55,664 nt of DNA from a virus (IMGVR_UViG_3300001765_000097:1-55664), one strand, 5' to 3'. Counted from the stretch's first letter, positions 21,132-30,858 are shown. The notes: generated by a model from the letters alone, not told the origin. Numbers and translations are program-made.

Positions 21132-21168
21132 ATTCCAGATTTTTTTTCAGTCACATATACTAGAATTG
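21132..21168 (+). promoter_or_regulatory. Early promoter P4
   Basis: ATTCCAGA-T run-CAGTCA, CATATACT at 21154-21161, G at 21168. Confidence 0.75.
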
Positions 21169-21201
21169 AATAGGTATAGGAATATATCTAATTTATTTTA
21201 T

Positions 21202-21223
21202 AATGCTACACAGTAGCGAAAGG
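21202..21223 (+). promoter_or_regulatory. Leader hairpin-SD element, copy 2
   Basis: AAT-GCTAC-ACA-GTAGC-GAAAGG before ATG 21230. Confidence 0.75.
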
Positions 21224-21229
21224 TAAGAT

Positions 21230-21601
21230 ATGAATGCATCGACTTCAAAAGAACTATCGTTTGCCACTAAAATGGCATTGCTTCAGGGTAAGATAACTAC
21301 ATCTCCGATAGCAGACATTATCCTGGCCAGCATCAAACCACATTGGCCCGGCAGTTATGTAGAGGCAATCAAGGTCCAAGGTAATTGGCCGAAGAGTGCG
21401 ATGTGGGGGGTGTGCAAGGTTACGAACCACCGGAGTTTCTATAATAACGAGAGTCAAAGTAACCATTATTTCAACTCTAAAGAAGAGATGGAAGAATGGG
21501 TCGCGTCTATTGATCATGACCCAGAGGACTTTGCTGTTAAGTTGTGGATCTACGAATGGGATCTTGGCCCACAGTACCGCGACCTGCTTCAGCTTAGCTG
21601 A
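21230..21601 (+). CDS. Hypothetical early protein (visibly more GC-rich than flanks)
   Basis: Own promoter and SD, plus a downstream CCCG-GTGG-CGGG stem and T tract (21615-21641). Confidence 0.75.
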   Translation: MNASTSKELSFATKMALLQGKITTSPIADIILASIKPHWPGSYVEAIKVQGNWPKSAMWGVCKVTNHRSFYNNESQSNHYFNSKEEMEEWVASIDHDPEDFAVKLWIYEWDLGPQYRDLLQLS

Positions 21602-21645
21602 GTAGAAAAAATAACCCGGTGGCGGGCTCTATTTTTTTTTTCTTA

Positions 21646-21679
21646 ATCTAGATTTTTTCAGTCTTATATTACTGTAATG
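21646..21679 (+). promoter_or_regulatory. Early promoter P5
   Basis: ATCTAGATTTTTTCAGTCT, TATATTAC at 21665-21672, G at 21679. Confidence 0.8.
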
Positions 21680-21697
21680 AGATACTATCTATTAACC

Positions 21698-21721
21698 AAT
21701 GCAACTATGTTGCGAGAAAGG
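21698..21721 (+). promoter_or_regulatory. Leader hairpin-SD element, copy 3
   Basis: AAT-GCAAC-TAT-GTTGC-GAGAAAGG before ATG 21727. Confidence 0.75.
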
Positions 21722-21726
21722 TATTT

Positions 21727-21933
21727 ATGAAAGAGATTGCTTACACCGGACAGGTGATTGAAGAAATAAAATTTGGTTCACAGTGGGTGAAATGCCCTGT
21801 TTGTGAGTCTAATAATCTCATTAGTCTTAATGGGAATGCTTGGTTTGATAATACCATAAACAAGTATGTTCATTATGGTTGCTTATCTCAAGAGCGGTTA
21901 AATGAGATAAGTCTAAAAAAGACTTCTGTATGA
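21727..21933 (+). CDS. Small Zn-finger-like protein
   Basis: CPVC..H..C; 68 aa. Confidence 0.7.
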   Translation: MKEIAYTGQVIEEIKFGSQWVKCPVCESNNLISLNGNAWFDNTINKYVHYGCLSQERLNEISLKKTSV

Positions 21934-22008
21934 AAAAACAAAATACGCCGAGCCAAAAGAAGAATTCTCTTGATAGCATTCTGTAAAAAATAAATTTTGG
22001 TTTTGTAT

Positions 22009-22030
22009 AATGCTACATAGTAGCGAAAGG
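22009..22030 (+). promoter_or_regulatory. Leader hairpin-SD element, copy 4
   Basis: AAT-GCTAC-ATA-GTAGC-GAAAGG before ATG 22038. Confidence 0.75.
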
Positions 22031-22037
22031 AAATAAA

Positions 22038-22379
22038 ATGTTTGTAGTAACAGTGACAGTTGATGACGAAACATCATACCTTGCGATTGATGATCAGTCT
22101 GGCGGTTATCCTTATTGGAGCGATTCAATATCGAGAGCAAAGATTCATCATTCTTTTGATGAAGCCAATAAGTGGCTAGATAGTCCAGACTTTACAAAGG
22201 ATAATGTAATGTCTGATGGGGGAGTGTTTCCACCTAGCATGATTCATAGTGGGCTGAGGCTGAATTATGCTAAAAAGAGCGGAACAGGTGTCATTAGCAT
22301 AAAAAAGATTACATTCGAGAACAAGCTAGTGAAATATATTGGCGCAATCGTCAAACTTGGTAAACCGTATTCAATTTAA
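22038..22379 (+). CDS. Hypothetical early protein
   Basis: 113 aa; YLAID..SGGYPYW motif; strong SD. Confidence 0.75.
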   Translation: MFVVTVTVDDETSYLAIDDQSGGYPYWSDSISRAKIHHSFDEANKWLDSPDFTKDNVMSDGGVFPPSMIHSGLRLNYAKKSGTGVISIKKITFENKLVKYIGAIVKLGKPYSI

Positions 22380-22382
22380 GCA

Positions 22383-22420
22383 GCATATATGCCACACCTA
22401 TTAAGGTGTGGCATATATGC
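22383..22420 (+). terminator. Long hairpin
   Basis: 17-bp perfect arms GCATATATGCCACACCT / AGGTGTGGCATATATGC. Confidence 0.8.
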
Positions 22421-22430
22421 TATAATTATT

Positions 22431-22465
22431 TTTCTATATTTTTTTGATCACATATTACTACATTG
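22431..22465 (+). promoter_or_regulatory. Early promoter P6 (drives the RNAP-subunit operon)
   Basis: TTTCTATA-T run-GATCA, CATATTAC at 22451-22458, G at 22465. Confidence 0.75.
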
Positions 22466-22490
22466 GTATTAGTTTTTGGAGTATATAAAA

Positions 22491-23927
22491 ATGATAACAG
22501 ATGAGAAGATTCCTCCAGTGTTCTCTAATAGCAATATTGCTATTAGATTACATTCAGATTCAATGCGTACATTTTACGGCAATCCTTACAGTTCACAAAC
22601 AGCGTATAATCTACTAGAAGAATTAAAACAGATAGAATACACTGAAGAAACTTTCTATGTGAATTCAACATATAGAAATATATCGGTGATGGGTAGAAAT
22701 GGTTTAGCTGTCAACATACCTTATGTTTCCAGTTATAATACACAGGGTTTTATTATTAGAAAAATAATAAAACTAAAAGGGCACAGTTTAGCATCCGCGA
22801 TGGATGCTTTACAAAGCATTACACAGTTAGATAGTTTAGAATTAATAGAAGTAAAAAAAGTATTATCTGGTACAGATAGAAGATCTTTTATATTTACATC
22901 AATAATGATAGATTATCTAATCACATTAGATGATTTAAAATGTAAAGGTAATACACTTTACCATTATCAAACAGATCTAATGATATCTTTGAATGATACC
23001 ATTACCATTGATGCACATCCATACAGTTCTAGGTTTCTAGGGATAGGTACATTTGGAATTACAAATGATTACACTAATCAACAGGAATTAAATTTAAAGA
23101 TTAAATATGTTAATCATGATATAAATGCATCACCGGTATATTTAAATGTATTTGGTAAAGTGTTTACAGTGTTTCCACAAAGAGATGCACCTGCTAGAAA
23201 GTTGTATAGCGGTAAATCGGGTAATATTATATTTGAAGATTACTTGATATTCTTTTATTCTTCTAGAAACGATACGGAAGTTTTATCTGGCAACGGTGTC
23301 AGTGCGGTTAAAATGTCACTAGCAGAAGCCAGAGAAAATATTGGTCTTTATGATACATATCAAGAAGCTCAAAATTATGGAAACGTAGAGTTGACTAGAA
23401 AAGAAGAATTGTCGGCATTGAATCACAAGTTAGAAATATTAAAACAAAGTACTGCAATAGAGAAAAGCAGGTTGGATAAAGAAGATTTAATCAGAAAAGA
23501 AAAATTATTAGAAAAAGAGCATGCTTTAGAAATGCTTAAGAAAGAAACAGCAGAATTGAAACAAGACCTTGAGTTAGCTTCACAAAAATTAAATATACAA
23601 GTTTTAGAAAATAAACAAAAACAAACTTTGTTAGATACTAAACTTCAAGATCTTGATAATGAAAAAAGAATTTTGGAAATTAAAAGAAAAGATCAAGACG
23701 ATCGAATAGATAGAGAGAAGAAAGAATTCGAAGAAAAACTTAAACTTCTCAGAGACGAACATGATCATAGGTTAAAACAAGAATCGATGTACTGGAGAGA
23801 CTTCTACGAAAAGAGAAGTTATGAAAGAAAAGACACATCTGAAGTAGTTAAATTTATACCTGGTATACTTATTGGGGTAATTGGTATAGCCACAGCTGTT
23901 ATTAAAATGAGTCCAAATAAAGCTTAA
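22491..23927 (+). CDS. Conserved coiled-coil protein with C-terminal membrane anchor (phiKZ gp122 position)
   Basis: GGAG SD favours ATG 22491. Long E/K/L coiled coil, then RSYERKD.SE..KF.P and a hydrophobic tail; syntenic with the RNAP subunit. Confidence 0.75.
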   Translation: MITDEKIPPVFSNSNIAIRLHSDSMRTFYGNPYSSQTAYNLLEELKQIEYTEETFYVNSTYRNISVMGRNGLAVNIPYVSSYNTQGFIIRKIIKLKGHSLASAMDALQSITQLDSLELIEVKKVLSGTDRRSFIFTSIMIDYLITLDDLKCKGNTLYHYQTDLMISLNDTITIDAHPYSSRFLGIGTFGITNDYTNQQELNLKIKYVNHDINASPVYLNVFGKVFTVFPQRDAPARKLYSGKSGNIIFEDYLIFFYSSRNDTEVLSGNGVSAVKMSLAEARENIGLYDTYQEAQNYGNVELTRKEELSALNHKLEILKQSTAIEKSRLDKEDLIRKEKLLEKEHALEMLKKETAELKQDLELASQKLNIQVLENKQKQTLLDTKLQDLDNEKRILEIKRKDQDDRIDREKKEFEEKLKLLRDEHDHRLKQESMYWRDFYEKRSYERKDTSEVVKFIPGILIGVIGIATAVIKMSPNKA

Positions 23928-24006
23928 AAAAATATAAGCGTAATAAATAACTATAGGTACAATGTAAATTTACCTAAAACATATTTCCCCAAATTAAAGG
24001 ATAAAC

Positions 24007-25629
24007 GTGTTTCCTAAATCAATGCAAATGCTCATAGATGAAGCTACTCCAGATGTAAATCCAATATTGGCAAATGGTCTAGCTTGCACACATTTAAGAC
24101 AAGTGGAAGATTATGTAGACAGTATTTTTAGGTCAGCAGCTCAAGGTTTTCCACCAGGTATGTTGTATTTGGGTTCCAGGCGATGTACGCCTCAAGAAGA
24201 ATATTTCGAGTCTACAAAGAAAAAGGGAAGTCGCTGTGTTTACGATACAGCCCGCAGTGATGTTTACTTAATGGAGTATAAATTTAGTTATTTGGGTGAA
24301 GATTTACCGTCTAAATATATGTTACTGCCGTTTGTTAGCGATGCAGGCATTATCTTTTTAGGTGGAAGTAGATTTGTCATTTCTCCTATTTTGTCAGATA
24401 GAGTAATATCTGTAGGTATGACAAATGTGTTTGTTAGACTACTAAAAGCCAGACTCACATTTAATCGTACGGCTCAGCACTATATGGTTAACGGTGTAAG
24501 AGAAAGTGTACAAGTAGCATGGAGTGACATTTATAATGATAAGAAAAATGATTCTTCTCAGAAAACTACAGTTAAAGCAAACTGTACATTAGCACATTAC
24601 TTATTTTGTAAATATGGATTACATGAAACATTTAAACAGTTTGCAAACTGCACACCGGTTGTAGGTTTACCAGATACAATAAATGAGGAAAATTACCCAC
24701 CTAACGAATGGGTAATTTGCTATAGCGGTTGTTATATGTCACCTAATAAACCGAGAGGTTTTGGGAAATCGTATTATGAACCTAGTAGTATTGCATTAGC
24801 TATTCGTAAATCAGAATACACGTTAATGGTGAAAAATCTAGTAGGTGGATTTTTCTATTGCGTAGATTTCTTTCCTTCACACATAAAACCTGAGTATGTA
24901 AACCATAAAGAATTATGGATGTATTTACTCGGGCACATCATTTGGTCAGGTAACATTAATCGTGGTAAATTAGTTAATGACGTAACTGATCATATTGCGT
25001 CTTTGGACGAATACGTGGACGGTATAGTTTCATCTAAGTTAAAAGATATTGGTTTTCACTGCACAAACATTTATCAAATATTTGCATTGATTATCGATAA
25101 ATTTAATGATTGGTTATTATCGTCGGATGATAGAATTAATACGATGTATGATAAAGAACTCAGTATTCTTTATTATATTTGTTATGAAATTAGTAGCACA
25201 ATTTTCAAATTATATTTTAAACTTAAAGCCGCACAAAAGAAAGATTTAAATAGAAATAAAATCATTAACATCATGAACATGAATTTAAAGACAGGTTTGA
25301 TCTTTAAAATCACAAGAGAACATGGTGAGGTTACAACTACGTCAACATCTGGCGATAATAAAGCTTTGAAAACAACTTTACTATTAGTGCCCCAAAGTAG
25401 CTCTAGTAGAAATAAAAGTAAACGCGATAGATTAGCATTAGCTGATCCGGGCAAAAGATTAAATGCATCTATTGCTGAAGCTGGATCATATTCCGGCTTA
25501 CCTAAATCAGAACCAACTGGAAGAAGTAGATTAAACTTGCATATACAAATTTCACCATCCGGTTTACTTTTAAGAAACCCTAAATATTTAGAATTGATTA
25601 ATAATGTACAATCGATGATTAGGAGATAA
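24007..25629 (+). CDS. Non-virion RNA polymerase subunit, beta N-terminal-like (phiKZ gp123-like)
   Basis: 540 aa; LPFV.D.G...L.GS.F.ISP.L.D motif and C-terminal L.ASIAE.GS...LPKSEPTGR.RLN. Located just downstream of the capsid gene under an early promoter. Confidence 0.82.
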   Translation: MFPKSMQMLIDEATPDVNPILANGLACTHLRQVEDYVDSIFRSAAQGFPPGMLYLGSRRCTPQEEYFESTKKKGSRCVYDTARSDVYLMEYKFSYLGEDLPSKYMLLPFVSDAGIIFLGGSRFVISPILSDRVISVGMTNVFVRLLKARLTFNRTAQHYMVNGVRESVQVAWSDIYNDKKNDSSQKTTVKANCTLAHYLFCKYGLHETFKQFANCTPVVGLPDTINEENYPPNEWVICYSGCYMSPNKPRGFGKSYYEPSSIALAIRKSEYTLMVKNLVGGFFYCVDFFPSHIKPEYVNHKELWMYLLGHIIWSGNINRGKLVNDVTDHIASLDEYVDGIVSSKLKDIGFHCTNIYQIFALIIDKFNDWLLSSDDRINTMYDKELSILYYICYEISSTIFKLYFKLKAAQKKDLNRNKIINIMNMNLKTGLIFKITREHGEVTTTSTSGDNKALKTTLLLVPQSSSSRNKSKRDRLALADPGKRLNASIAEAGSYSGLPKSEPTGRSRLNLHIQISPSGLLLRNPKYLELINNVQSMIRR

Positions 25630-25662
25630 CCAAAATCTTTATGATCATATATCATTAACATG
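25630..25662 (+). promoter_or_regulatory. Early promoter P7
   Basis: TTTATGATCA, TATATCAT at 25648-25655, G at 25662. Confidence 0.6.
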
Positions 25663-25685
25663 TGTAGTACATAAAAGGAAATAAA

Positions 25686-27656
25686 ATGTCTTATCCAATA
25701 CCGTTACCGTATTCTACGGTGCAGCTACAGGCGCCGTTTGTACAGGTAAGTCCAGGATCATTTCCAGGATCATTGCCTGTAGTAGTGAATCAAAATTTAA
25801 TGCAATTCCTGCCGTTGATTGGAACGGCCTGTATCGACGTAGTGCAAAATCGCGCACAAGAAAACCCATTGAGGGTGTTTCTTTACAATCAGATGCGCGA
25901 TAATGTATTTAATAACCAATCTTTCTACGAGTTAGTTAAATTAACTGCAATATATGCGGACATGTGTTTGCAAAGAGGTATATTTACAAATCCAACTGAT
26001 GCTATTTACGATTCAGCTAATAAAATGACTGAAATGGTTTGTGCAGAAAATATGAGGAATGTTAACGGTTTGGCATCAGTGTTGGATCCACTGTTTGTCA
26101 ATAAAGTACAGAATACATTAATTAAAGCTCAAAACGTACGACAAGAACTCGGTAACTTTTTAAATGGTATAAGTGGATTTAATCAGCCGCAATATCCACA
26201 ACAAAATAATCATTTCCCTCAAGCTGTTTACCCATCAGTAATGCCACCTCCACCCTATCAAAGGTCTTTCCCTCAACAGCAACAGCCTCAGCAAAATAAT
26301 ATTTACGGAAATAATTTAAATAGCCAGCCTGTATTCTCAAATAACAATCAAAATTCATTTACCCGTCCTAATCAACAACCGTCAATTGGAAGCTCATTCT
26401 TAGTTAAGGATAAAGTAGAAGAACCGTTGCCTATTAAAATTGAAACAATCGTGCCACCGCCTCCAGTAGCTACAGTGGTCCCTGCTTTAGCCGATAAATT
26501 TGGAGATAAAACAGAATGGGTTCCATCAAAAGAATATCCATTTAATTTAGCATTTGATCCAAACAGGCAAGAGTTATGTTATTTAGTAGAACCAGGTAAA
26601 CCAACTATACCTTTCACAAAAGAATTAACGCCGGAGAAATTAATGGAGCGCTATAAGCATTTCAAATCTATAACAGTACCTGTTACAACGCAGACTTTAG
26701 TGGAAAGTGAAAAAGAAGCTAATGCTATTAGAAGTGAAAAATTTGCTCGTAACATTAACGGTGATTGTATTTCTAATAAACAAATTGAGGTAGATATCAT
26801 GATTGCAGGATTACCGGAAAGTACAGAAAATGTAGAACTACTGACAGAAAAAGAAAAAAATGTAATAGGTGTAGGCGATCAAGAAATTTGGCGCGATTGC
26901 GATTTGATGCTATTGGCTAAAAAGAAAGAAAATGTGCAGAACATCGCATACAGTTCATGTGCGTATGTGAATGACCCACTAGTTACACTATCGTCTCCAA
27001 AACCGTTAGCTGATAAACTATTATCATGCGAAGATTTATTTACAGCATTTAATATTCTAAAAACAGCTAAAGCAGCGGCGATTAGGTCAGATAACCCTAT
27101 TGATGAATTAACAATTGTTAATTATTTTAATATGCGTCTGACAGAACGTATTAATAGGTTTACACAAAACCAACTGTGTTTAGCAATTAATATTGATTCA
27201 TTCATCACTGAAGGTGTAGAATTAATTGATTACATTGAAAAGAAATTTGGTGATAAGTTTAGTGATCCGCTACGCTTGAGTCAAAAGAAAATCATTGAAG
27301 ACTGTTGCACATATGCAACTGATGGCTACGAGAAATCTTTAACTGGTTTATATCTCAATAGTGATATGCCTTTTAGACCAAACGTAACGTTCTTTTACAG
27401 CTTAGATTATTTTGTTTCATTACATTGTTTTAGTATCGATTTGCGATTTGAAATCCCTGACGATAAATGCTCTGTAGCTATCTTTGAAAATAATGTACCT
27501 ATTCTTTATAAGCTAGCAAACCACATTTATAAAGAAGCAGATACTTATTCGTATACATTTAACCGATGTCTGATTAGGACTTTAGATCGTAAGATCTATA
27601 TGTTAAACAGGTCAGTTATTGATAAAGACACATATCTAGTTAACGTAGTTAAATGA
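25686..27656 (+). CDS. Conserved jumbo-phage protein with P/Q/N-rich disordered linker
   Basis: 656 aa, AAGGA SD; N.LR.F.YN N-domain and IDSF..E C-domain; follows the RNAP subunit. Confidence 0.75.
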   Translation: MSYPIPLPYSTVQLQAPFVQVSPGSFPGSLPVVVNQNLMQFLPLIGTACIDVVQNRAQENPLRVFLYNQMRDNVFNNQSFYELVKLTAIYADMCLQRGIFTNPTDAIYDSANKMTEMVCAENMRNVNGLASVLDPLFVNKVQNTLIKAQNVRQELGNFLNGISGFNQPQYPQQNNHFPQAVYPSVMPPPPYQRSFPQQQQPQQNNIYGNNLNSQPVFSNNNQNSFTRPNQQPSIGSSFLVKDKVEEPLPIKIETIVPPPPVATVVPALADKFGDKTEWVPSKEYPFNLAFDPNRQELCYLVEPGKPTIPFTKELTPEKLMERYKHFKSITVPVTTQTLVESEKEANAIRSEKFARNINGDCISNKQIEVDIMIAGLPESTENVELLTEKEKNVIGVGDQEIWRDCDLMLLAKKKENVQNIAYSSCAYVNDPLVTLSSPKPLADKLLSCEDLFTAFNILKTAKAAAIRSDNPIDELTIVNYFNMRLTERINRFTQNQLCLAINIDSFITEGVELIDYIEKKFGDKFSDPLRLSQKKIIEDCCTYATDGYEKSLTGLYLNSDMPFRPNVTFFYSLDYFVSLHCFSIDLRFEIPDDKCSVAIFENNVPILYKLANHIYKEADTYSYTFNRCLIRTLDRKIYMLNRSVIDKDTYLVNVVK

Positions 27657-27660
27657 TGAA

Positions 27661-27690
27661 ATAATTGAGAAGGGACGCCTTCTCAATTAT
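27661..27690 (+). terminator. Hairpin terminator
   Basis: ATAATTGAGAAGG-GACG-CCTTCTCAATTAT. Confidence 0.75.
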
Positions 27691-27704
27691 GCTGTAAAAA
27701 TCGT

Positions 27705-27739
27705 ATTCCAGATTTTTTCAGTCACATATGACTAAATTG
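27705..27739 (+). promoter_or_regulatory. Early promoter P8
   Basis: ATTCCAGATTTTTTCAGTCA, CATATGAC at 27725-27732, G at 27739; nearly identical to P4. Confidence 0.75.
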
Positions 27740-27794
27740 AATTAGTATAGGAATATATTAACTTGGGTATTAAAATGCTCCCATTAGCATTTAA

Positions 27795-27814
27795 TTGTAC
27801 TGCAGTACAAAGGA
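27795..27814 (+). promoter_or_regulatory. Variant leader hairpin-SD element, copy 5
   Basis: Perfect 16-nt palindrome TTGTACTGCAGTACAA abutting AGGA before ATG 27821. Confidence 0.6.
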
Positions 27815-27820
27815 AACATC

Positions 27821-28048
27821 ATGTCAGAAGCAACACAAACCACAGCTACACCCGCCGTTACCCAAGAGAGCAGCCTCGCTGCCCAAGTCGCCGCTGTTCG
27901 CGGCACATCGTCTATCTGGGATGACGTGAAAGACGCGTCCCGCACAGGCCTTAACCTTGGAGTGACAATCGGTGTCGCGGTCGTTATCGTCTCGGTTGTC
28001 GGAGCTGCTTGCAGCTACCTTCCAAACGCTAACCGTCCAGCGGCATAA
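27821..28048 (+). CDS. Small single-pass membrane protein (GC-rich)
   Basis: Hydrophobic GLNLGVTIGVAVVIVSVVGAAC segment with GxxxG motifs; own promoter, SD and terminators. Confidence 0.75.
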   Translation: MSEATQTTATPAVTQESSLAAQVAAVRGTSSIWDDVKDASRTGLNLGVTIGVAVVIVSVVGAACSYLPNANRPAA

Positions 28049-28056
28049 GCGGCATA

Positions 28057-28113
28057 GATCCACTGATCCTTAAACAGATCAGTGGATCGAAAATAAACCT
28101 TCGGGTTTATTTT
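28057..28113. terminator. Tandem hairpins between convergent genes
   Basis: GATCCACTGATC / GATCAGTGGATC (28057-28088) and AAAATAAACC-TTCG-GGTTTATTTT (28090-28113, cUUCGg loop). Confidence 0.8.
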
Positions 28114-28116
28114 TTT

Positions 28117-30858
28117 TTACTTTTCTTCTGGCTCTTCTTTTTCTTCTGGTTTATCTTCTTCTGTATCTTCAGTTGGTTCTTCATCTGGATCAGCTGGAGT
28201 ATCTTCAGGTGCAGTTTCTTCACCCATATCACCCATACCAAAATCATCACCGCCACCAAACTCGTCACCTGAACTTTCAGACGAAGACGCGTCATCACCA
28301 CCGCTATCGCCTGATGAATCCATATTAGTAGCTTGTAAATCTTGGTTAGCTGCTTGTACGATCGGTTGAAGTTTAACCATTGTCGTGACACCAGATCTTA
28401 CCAATGCTTGTACATGTTCTGTAATTTCTTTCATTAAATTAAGTTGTGGCTCGCCATCTTCTCTTACAGCGGTGAGTTCAGATAGTTTGCCATTATTAGA
28501 TAAGAACTTACGAGTGAAGTAAGCTTTAACCATAGCTTTGATTGTATTTATCTCATTACTCAAATCACCACTAGTGCTACTTGTCATAAATGAATCAGAT
28601 ATGTATGCATCTATTGCGGTATCTAAACCATCCATGTATGTTTTCAAATCATCTAATTGATTTTGCAGAGTCACAGATGGTGGCTTAGGTAATTCAATTT
28701 CGAATTGATTTAAGAAATCATTCAAAGCTTTATTAATAATTATTTTCTTCTTTGTTTCTTCATCGATTGTATTAATTTCATCTGATTCGATTTCATCGAT
28801 CTCTATTTTAATACCTTCAAAATTCTCCATCAACATTTCTTTTAAGTCATTAACTAACTCTTCAGAATTAATAGCCACTTTTCTCAAATGATCACTAAGT
28901 AGTGGACAAAAGAGTTGTTGATACGTCATCACTCGTTTACCTAATAGAATATTATTAGCTACCACTGTAGTTGCAAATTCTGTATTAAATCCACTATCCA
29001 CCATCTCGGGTGATAACCCCATGGCCATAATAGATGATTTTCTGAGGAAGTCCTGTAAGTCAGTATCGGGTTTAGCGAAATTTGTATTGGTGTTTTGTAA
29101 ATCAAATTTCAAATCAGGTAACCCTGGATGTCCTTCGAATTTCCATTCAAAACCAGCTCTTTGAATAAAGTCAGTAATATCAGACGGGTTAGTGACACCT
29201 AACGGGATACCTAGTTGTCTGGATCTGACAATTTCATCTTGAGCAACTTCTATCGTCTTCATCGGGTTAGGGTCACCTTCAGGTAACGTCATGGTGACCT
29301 GTGTTCTACCAATTGAATTCTTTACTGAAGCAATCACATCTGTAAACAATAATACTGTTCTTAAAGTATTAATCATAGAAGTGTCATCTAACAGACTTCT
29401 ACCAATGCCGTCATCACTATATTTGAAAGCGATATACGTCATGTATTCAATTGGTAGAAATAATATCTGTGTGTATTTTCTAGCTAATACACGTGATAAC
29501 ATAATTCTATACACTTCTTCGTTTTTAGCTAAAGCTACATTGTTAGAATGTATTCCATTTTTAATGCGAGAAATTAAATCCCTCTCCACCATGTCTGAAT
29601 ACACTTGAGCTGCAAAATCTAAATGTTGTGCAGCTCCTGGGTTAAATGTGTTAGCGCCGCCAATATTAGTTTCTACTTTTCTAATGATATTAGACGATAG
29701 AGAATTATTAGACGAATTAGTCATTCCAGCGCCCATGCCATTATAATAATGTTCACTATCAGGTGCTTCAATTGGATTACCTTCTTCATCTAAAATGACA
29801 AAGTAACCAATATGTTGTTCTACGTTTCCAGGTACATGTACGGGTATAACTGATTCACTAGGTAACTTCATTATTAAAGGATTACCTACAGTCCTTCTAC
29901 CTAACTCACCTTGTTTCTTTAACGTGGTAACTGGTTCATTTTGGAACTGTCTAGTTCTATATATTAATTTCTCAATTTGAAAATCAGATACATTTGTTTC
30001 ATTGTCTTCAAAAGAGAAACTTCTATTTCCTACGTTGAATGTTTTCTTAATAGCTTTAGTTTTTAAAAGCTTATTAATTTTTGATATTTTGAGTGTAGAT
30101 GGATTATCGGTTACAAATAAGTATTCCTCTTTTGTATACGATAAATTACCTAAAATATCTTCAACATAATGGACACTGTTATCAATTTTTGATACATTCA
30201 CGCTATCCTTATAGCCCTCTAAAGATAAACCAATTTTACTTTTTTTAGATGTATCATTTATGTAATTACCTAAGATTCCGATGTTTTTAGGTTGACCATT
30301 TGAGTCTACGAAATCCCTTAGATTTTCTAAAGATATTGCTTGATCACTGTTAATAAAATCATCGATTGCATTCTCTGGAATGACTGCTACCGGGTAAGAT
30401 CCTTTCTCTGCTAAGATCTCTCTCAACATTTTCGGCAAAAGAGGTTTAATTTTATAGGTCTCATCGAAATATTCTTTCAGTCTATTAAGTAAACTACCGG
30501 ATAAATCTGAGTTTAATAAATTCTTCGGTCCAGTAAAATTTACATCTACTGACATCATATCTGAAGGTGACAAAATAGAACTAGTTAATATTTGAATAGA
30601 TAATTCAATATCTGGAAGTAGGCGAAGAATGGTCGCCGCATCACTGTTTCTTTTTGCTCTTTTTTCTAGAGATGCTTTAAAGGCGTATGAGTGTGGTAGT
30701 AGTGTTTTTCTATTACCTTGCTCATCTCTAGGTGTAGCATACTGATTATTTCTAACAGTCTTAGAAATCATAGCGGCTACTTTAGGATCCTTCCTAACTA
30801 AATTTACCGCCGGATACTTATTGCTAATTTGAGCTTCTTGAATTTTGCGTATTACCAT
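28117..30858 (-). CDS. Portal protein (phiKZ gp129-like)
   Basis: 913 aa; LP.ESVIPVHVPG....HIGYF..LDE.GNP and G.GRSLL motifs, several S-X-E sites in the N-terminal third, acidic tail, head-to-head with a baseplate-type gene. Confidence 0.75.
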   Translation of the reverse strand: MVIRKIQEAQISNKYPAVNLVRKDPKVAAMISKTVRNNQYATPRDEQGNRKTLLPHSYAFKASLEKRAKRNSDAATILRLLPDIELSIQILTSSILSPSDMMSVDVNFTGPKNLLNSDLSGSLLNRLKEYFDETYKIKPLLPKMLREILAEKGSYPVAVIPENAIDDFINSDQAISLENLRDFVDSNGQPKNIGILGNYINDTSKKSKIGLSLEGYKDSVNVSKIDNSVHYVEDILGNLSYTKEEYLFVTDNPSTLKISKINKLLKTKAIKKTFNVGNRSFSFEDNETNVSDFQIEKLIYRTRQFQNEPVTTLKKQGELGRRTVGNPLIMKLPSESVIPVHVPGNVEQHIGYFVILDEEGNPIEAPDSEHYYNGMGAGMTNSSNNSLSSNIIRKVETNIGGANTFNPGAAQHLDFAAQVYSDMVERDLISRIKNGIHSNNVALAKNEEVYRIMLSRVLARKYTQILFLPIEYMTYIAFKYSDDGIGRSLLDDTSMINTLRTVLLFTDVIASVKNSIGRTQVTMTLPEGDPNPMKTIEVAQDEIVRSRQLGIPLGVTNPSDITDFIQRAGFEWKFEGHPGLPDLKFDLQNTNTNFAKPDTDLQDFLRKSSIMAMGLSPEMVDSGFNTEFATTVVANNILLGKRVMTYQQLFCPLLSDHLRKVAINSEELVNDLKEMLMENFEGIKIEIDEIESDEINTIDEETKKKIIINKALNDFLNQFEIELPKPPSVTLQNQLDDLKTYMDGLDTAIDAYISDSFMTSSTSGDLSNEINTIKAMVKAYFTRKFLSNNGKLSELTAVREDGEPQLNLMKEITEHVQALVRSGVTTMVKLQPIVQAANQDLQATNMDSSGDSGGDDASSSESSGDEFGGGDDFGMGDMGEETAPEDTPADPDEEPTEDTEEDKPEEKEEPEEK

